A stretch of DNA of 19,286 bases from the NCBI GenBank assembly GCA_045046875.1, contig JASFYY010000044.1, positions 1 to 19,286 of the forward strand, in the 5' to 3' direction. A program made the position numbers and the translations under genes. The DNA comes from Verrucomicrobiota bacterium (lineage in GTDB: Bacteria > Verrucomicrobiota > Verrucomicrobiia > Verrucomicrobiales > DEV007). Below are positions 15,844 through 19,286 of the stretch, one piece after another. Every line of letters starts with the position of its first letter. The first letter of the stretch is position 1. Under the pieces are notes generated by a model. It was not told where the DNA came from. It searched no databases and worked only from the letters and a program-made list of their open reading frames with translations.

Positions 15844-16413
15844 TCATTTTTTGCCCTTCTGCTTTTTTTTCTCCTGAAGCTTCAACGCCTTCGCTTCGCG
15901 TTTTTTCAACTTCGCCAAGCGCTTTTTCAGCTTTTTGGTTAAGTCGGGCCAATACTCCTCCCCCGCGATAAACCCCACACAACTGTCAGTGCCACAACGG
16001 CACGGGTGGTCGTCGTAGTTTTCCAAATCAAAGCCGTAGTTAAAGCCGAGTTCTTCCCCCTTGGCAATATCCCGCAAAGCCACAATCCAAATTTTGCCAC
16101 GAATCACCTGCGCTTCACAGTTGGGTTCGCAGGTATGATTGATCAAACGTGCATCGTTCCACGGCACATCACCGTCAATGTCATAACGCTTGTTCAAAAT
16201 AAATAAATAAACGGCCGCATCTCCCGTCTTTTTAGCCTTCTCAAACTGAGCCCAGCCCCGGCGATCCGATTCCTTCTTGGTGATCTTTTCACCAAGATAC
16301 TCCAGAATGCGCGTCCCCTCCAGTACATCGCTGAGTGCAAAAACTCCGTCACCATGAACCTTTGATTTACGAATTTTATGCCAAACCAAGGGATCTCCTG
16401 CAATTTTTGTCAT
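15844..16413 (-). CDS. SET-domain protein-lysine N-methyltransferase with post-SET cysteines and a Lys-rich tail
   Basis: SKVHGDGVFA, ILEYLGE, ARLINHTCEPNC, GEELGFNYG and post-SET CRCGTDSC. ATG 16413 preferred over 16446. Confidence 0.93.
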   Translation of the reverse strand: MTKIAGDPLVWHKIRKSKVHGDGVFALSDVLEGTRILEYLGEKITKKESDRRGWAQFEKAKKTGDAAVYLFILNKRYDIDGDVPWNDARLINHTCEPNCEAQVIRGKIWIVALRDIAKGEELGFNYGFDLENYDDHPCRCGTDSCVGFIAGEEYWPDLTKKLKKRLAKLKKREAKALKLQEKKKQKGKK

Positions 16414-16502
16414 AACTGAATGTGATATTTTTTCTCCAATAAACAAGCCGCCTCTTCGCCAGACCTACTCACCTGCTATTTTCACCACAGCTAGCACTTT
16501 TG

Positions 16503-16543
16503 GCAAGTCTTTGAATTTTAATCATTGTGATACAAAGACTTGC
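16503..16543. promoter_or_regulatory. Perfect 11-bp inverted repeat in the divergent SET/LysM intergenic region, overlapping both candidate -35 boxes
   Basis: GCAAGTCTTTG (16503-16513), 19 bp, CAAAGACTTGC (16533-16543). Plus strand: TTGCAA(16540-16545)-17 bp-TAAATT. Minus strand: TTGCCA(16506-16501)-17 bp-GAAAAT. Confidence 0.55.
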
Positions 16544-16600
16544 AATATTATTACGGATATCTTAAATTTTCCCGCAATCACTCAACACACTTCGACTCAC

Positions 16601-17032
16601 ATGAATCATTCCCGCATCATCCGTAACCTGCTATTCTCCGCGCTGGCACTACTCTCCGTATCCTGTATCACCAAAAAGCAGAGCTCGGATCCTTATTCAA
16701 ACAGCAATCCCTATTACGGCCCGCAAGGCGCCTACGGTGATAATACAGCAGGAGTGCAACCAGCACCTGCAGCTGATACCAGCGGCTACGTCGCTCCGGC
16801 ACCGGCTGAAACCAATTATTCGGCTCCCCCAACCCCGTATCAAGCCCCCGCTAGCAGCCATAGCAATCACAGCAGTGGCGGTGGCGGCGGTTCAAAATCG
16901 CATACCGTGGGCAAAGGCGATACCCTCTATGGTTTGTCCCGCCGTTACGGCACCTCGGTCAACTCCATCAAAAGCGCCAACGGTCTCAGTTCCGACCTGA
17001 TCCGTCTGGGACAAAAATTGAGAATTCCTTAA
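16601..17032 (+). CDS. LysM-domain lipoprotein (143 aa) with a Pro/Ala/Tyr/Ser-rich linker
   Basis: Signal peptide with SVS-C, low-complexity linker and C-terminal LysM (HTVGKGDTLYGLSRRY...LIRLGQKLRIP). ATG 16601 preferred. Confidence 0.9.
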   Translation: MNHSRIIRNLLFSALALLSVSCITKKQSSDPYSNSNPYYGPQGAYGDNTAGVQPAPAADTSGYVAPAPAETNYSAPPTPYQAPASSHSNHSSGGGGGSKSHTVGKGDTLYGLSRRYGTSVNSIKSANGLSSDLIRLGQKLRIP

Positions 17033-17061
17033 CCCTCGCCTAAAAAAACTTCATTCCCTCG

Positions 17062-18270
17062 TCACACCAGCTCGGTGGTGGCGGGGGAATTTTTTTGCCC
17101 ATCCGTCATCGAGGACGAGCGACTCAACACACGCTGCTTTAAGTCTGCCAACGCAAGCTCAACCATCCGCTCATCCATCGTATGCACTTCCAGCTTTTCG
17201 CCAATGACAGGCACCAGGGTGATCGTCAGCTGCCCTCCCAAGTGTTCACGGAACTCTTCGATCCCATTCAATACACCACGCCCTCCGTCTGACGCCGGCT
17301 CCAGGTAAGTCGACCACAGATCAAAACCCACCTCTTCAATCAAATCCAAAATACGTCCCGCGGTGCTTTCATCCAAAATCCCCGCCCGCACCGAATACAA
17401 CAGATCCACCGCCATGCCAATCGCCACCGCCTCACCGTGGCTGACGGCAAATGCAGATAACTGCTCCAGCTTGTGCGCCACCCAGTGACCAAAATCCAAA
17501 GGCCGCGCCGAACCGTATTCAAAAGGATCTCCACCGGTGGCAATGTGCTCCACATGCAACTCCGCGCTCCGCCGGATCGCCATCTCCAAAGCAGCTGGTT
17601 CCAGAGCTGCGAGCGCAGCACTGTTATTCTCCAAACGCTGGTAAAACTCGGCATCACGAATCAAGGCAACCTTGATCGCTTCAATAATACCGTCCCGTCG
17701 ATCTCTCTCCGACAAAGACTCTAAAAAATCAAAATCATTGATCACCACATGCGGCACTGAAAAAGTCCCCACCCAGTTCTTTTTGCCAAAATGATTGACC
17801 CCGTTTTTCACCCCCACGCCTCCATCACCCTGACTCAGGGTCGTGGTCGGCACGCGTACCAAACGCACACCCCGGTGAGCCGTCGCGGCGCCAAAACCCA
17901 CCATGTCCAAAAAAGCTCCGCCGCCGATCGCCACCACATAAGAATGGCGGCACAAGCCGTATCGATTGATCTCGTCCCACACCGACTCCACCAGACGCCA
18001 CTCATTTTTGCACGCTTCACCACCCGGTAAAATCACTGGTCTTGCGACCAATTTCAACCGCCCCCCTTGAGCTTCAGCATAAGCCTCGACCGCTTCCAGC
18101 AAATCTTCATTTTCCCTCAGCAAACCCTCGTCGATAAAAACCAGCATTCGACTGCAATCGTCCGCACCATCCGTCAATTCATCTGCCAACAGCGGATTGT
18201 TGGCCGCAAACAAACCGTGGGTAAAAACCACGCGGTGCCGGTAGTCCATCTGGATAGTACGCTCAATCAT
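17062..18270 (-). CDS. eboD: Sugar-phosphate cyclase of the 3-dehydroquinate synthase family, EboD-like
   Basis: PGGEACKN, AIGGGAFLDMVGFGAATAHRGVRLVRVPTTTLSQGDGGVGVKNGVN, EAIKVALIRD, AELHVEHIATGGDPFEYGSARPLDFGHWVAHKLEQ and EEFREHLGGQLTITL. These fit the EboD subtype rather than AroB (which has LNFGHT). Adjacent to an EboC-like gene. Confidence 0.85.
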   Translation of the reverse strand: MIERTIQMDYRHRVVFTHGLFAANNPLLADELTDGADDCSRMLVFIDEGLLRENEDLLEAVEAYAEAQGGRLKLVARPVILPGGEACKNEWRLVESVWDEINRYGLCRHSYVVAIGGGAFLDMVGFGAATAHRGVRLVRVPTTTLSQGDGGVGVKNGVNHFGKKNWVGTFSVPHVVINDFDFLESLSERDRRDGIIEAIKVALIRDAEFYQRLENNSAALAALEPAALEMAIRRSAELHVEHIATGGDPFEYGSARPLDFGHWVAHKLEQLSAFAVSHGEAVAIGMAVDLLYSVRAGILDESTAGRILDLIEEVGFDLWSTYLEPASDGGRGVLNGIEEFREHLGGQLTITLVPVIGEKLEVHTMDERMVELALADLKQRVLSRSSSMTDGQKNSPATTELV

Positions 18271-18338
18271 CAATTTGCTTATGGGGGAAAAGGGAAACTT
18301 CGCCCGATATCAGCCCAGCGTCAAGGGGCGCATCCATT

Positions 18339-19196
18339 TCAAGTCGCCGGAATCCACCGCTGCAACAAGCGGGTCAGCAACAACAAAGACCCACAAATCA
18401 GCCAGAAAATGTCGCCGAACTGAGCCAAGGCCATGAGATCCACCAGAATAATGCCCGCCAACAAAACACTGACAAACTTACCGATGCGATCCGGACGGGT
18501 GGAGCGCAATTGACGCAACGCATAAAACAACCACAAAATAAATACCAACACAGCGGCACCACCCCACAGCAGCTGCCCTCCTGTCATCACCATCACCCCT
18601 GAAACCACCAACAAAGGCGCTATCAGCAAGCCTTTCCCCATCCAGCTCACCTTGCCACCGCAACTTTCCCCGCGGGCAGCAAGAGTGATTCCCCACACAT
18701 AGAAAAACAGACCTGTCGCAAAAATACCCACCGCAAAAGAAACCTGACCCACCGCCGAAGCCGCCACCACATACACCAAAAAACGACACGCCCCCATCAC
18801 CAGCACCGCCCCCTTCCATTTTTTATGCGACCAATCATAAAGCACGATCGCCAACACCAAAGCCAACAAAAAATACCAACTAACACCCGTGCCTCCAAAC
18901 AAAACACCTACCCCAGCCAACATCTGTCCCCAACCCAGCAACCACACCGTCCTCGCCGAAATCATCCCAGCCGGCACCGGACGTTGCGGTGCGTGTTTTT
19001 TGTCCCACTCGACATCAAAAGCATCATTCAAAGTCATGCCCCCGACATAAAGCAAACTCACCCCCGCCATCAACCACCACAACTCCCCACTCCAAGCCCC
19101 TCCGGCCAGGAACCACCCTGCCAGCACATTAGTCCACACCGTCGGCAGATTAGACATCCGCCCCAACACCAGAACCGTTCGCAAATGCTTCAACAT
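18339..19196 (-). CDS. eboC: UbiA-family prenyltransferase, EboC-like
   Basis: RMSNLPTVWTNVLAG, GGMTLNDAFDVEWDKKHAPQRPVPAG (NDxxDxxxD...RP), IVLYDWSHKK and MGACRFL; multiple TM helices; GGGGAG SD upstream. Confidence 0.85.
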   Translation of the reverse strand: MLKHLRTVLVLGRMSNLPTVWTNVLAGWFLAGGAWSGELWWLMAGVSLLYVGGMTLNDAFDVEWDKKHAPQRPVPAGMISARTVWLLGWGQMLAGVGVLFGGTGVSWYFLLALVLAIVLYDWSHKKWKGAVLVMGACRFLVYVVAASAVGQVSFAVGIFATGLFFYVWGITLAARGESCGGKVSWMGKGLLIAPLLVVSGVMVMTGGQLLWGGAAVLVFILWLFYALRQLRSTRPDRIGKFVSVLLAGIILVDLMALAQFGDIFWLICGSLLLLTRLLQRWIPAT

Positions 19197-19250
19197 AACT
19201 CCCCTAACTTATTAATAATAGTTGTACCGTTTTACACACTATAGGCAAAA

Positions 19251-19286
19251 AATCAGAACCACTGATTTCACTGATATACACTGATA
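19251..19286 (+). repeat. Tandem CACTGAT repeat (3 copies), truncated by the window end
   Basis: CACTGAT at 19260-19266, 19269-19275 and 19279-19285. AATCAG at 19251-19256 is the inverse of CTGATT at 19262-19267. Confidence 0.6.

Noticed and set aside
17062..18270. Calling this gene housekeeping aroB
   Set aside because: It has PLDFGHW and REHLGG motifs and an eboC neighbour rather than the AroB LNFGHT motif and aroK context.
1..19286. CRISPR array, tRNA/rRNA, prophage or defence island
   Set aside because: No repeat-spacer periodicity, cloverleaf, rRNA-like tract, or phage/defence protein motifs were seen. Intergenic gaps are all short.

Overview
Chromosomal window from a bacterium, most likely Verrucomicrobiota (inferred from protein style and gene order, not from a search). 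In window order: (1) the 5' end of a Y1/HUH REP-associated-type transposase that the ORF track missed, with a palindrome next to it; (2) a minus-strand cbb3-type cytochrome c oxidase operon, transcribed as ccoS-like, fused ccoNO, ccoQ, mono-haem ccoP, ccoG, an unannotated 54-aa membrane peptide in the ccoH position, a DsbD_2/TauE-like protein and the ccoI P1B-ATPase; (3) a hypothetical lipoprotein, a degenerate REP-like element, a delta-9-type fatty acid desaturase and a small acidic hypothetical protein; (4) purH, divergent from rplM-rpsI, which has a highly structured leader and a strong terminator; (5) an exported thioredoxin-fold protein with no cysteines; (6) two LysM lipoproteins flanking a SET-domain lysine methyltransferase; (7) an eboC-eboD pair (UbiA prenyltransferase plus sugar-phosphate cyclase) without the rest of the ebo cluster, and a CACTGAT repeat cut by the window edge. 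Most of the window is recognisable housekeeping or respiratory DNA. The best leads for undescribed biology are the detached eboCD pair, the LysM-SET-LysM locus with its symmetric divergent control region, the mini-CcoH, the rplM leader RNA, the Cys-free thioredoxin and the RAYT/REP elements. All family assignments come from reading motifs by eye; no searches were run.
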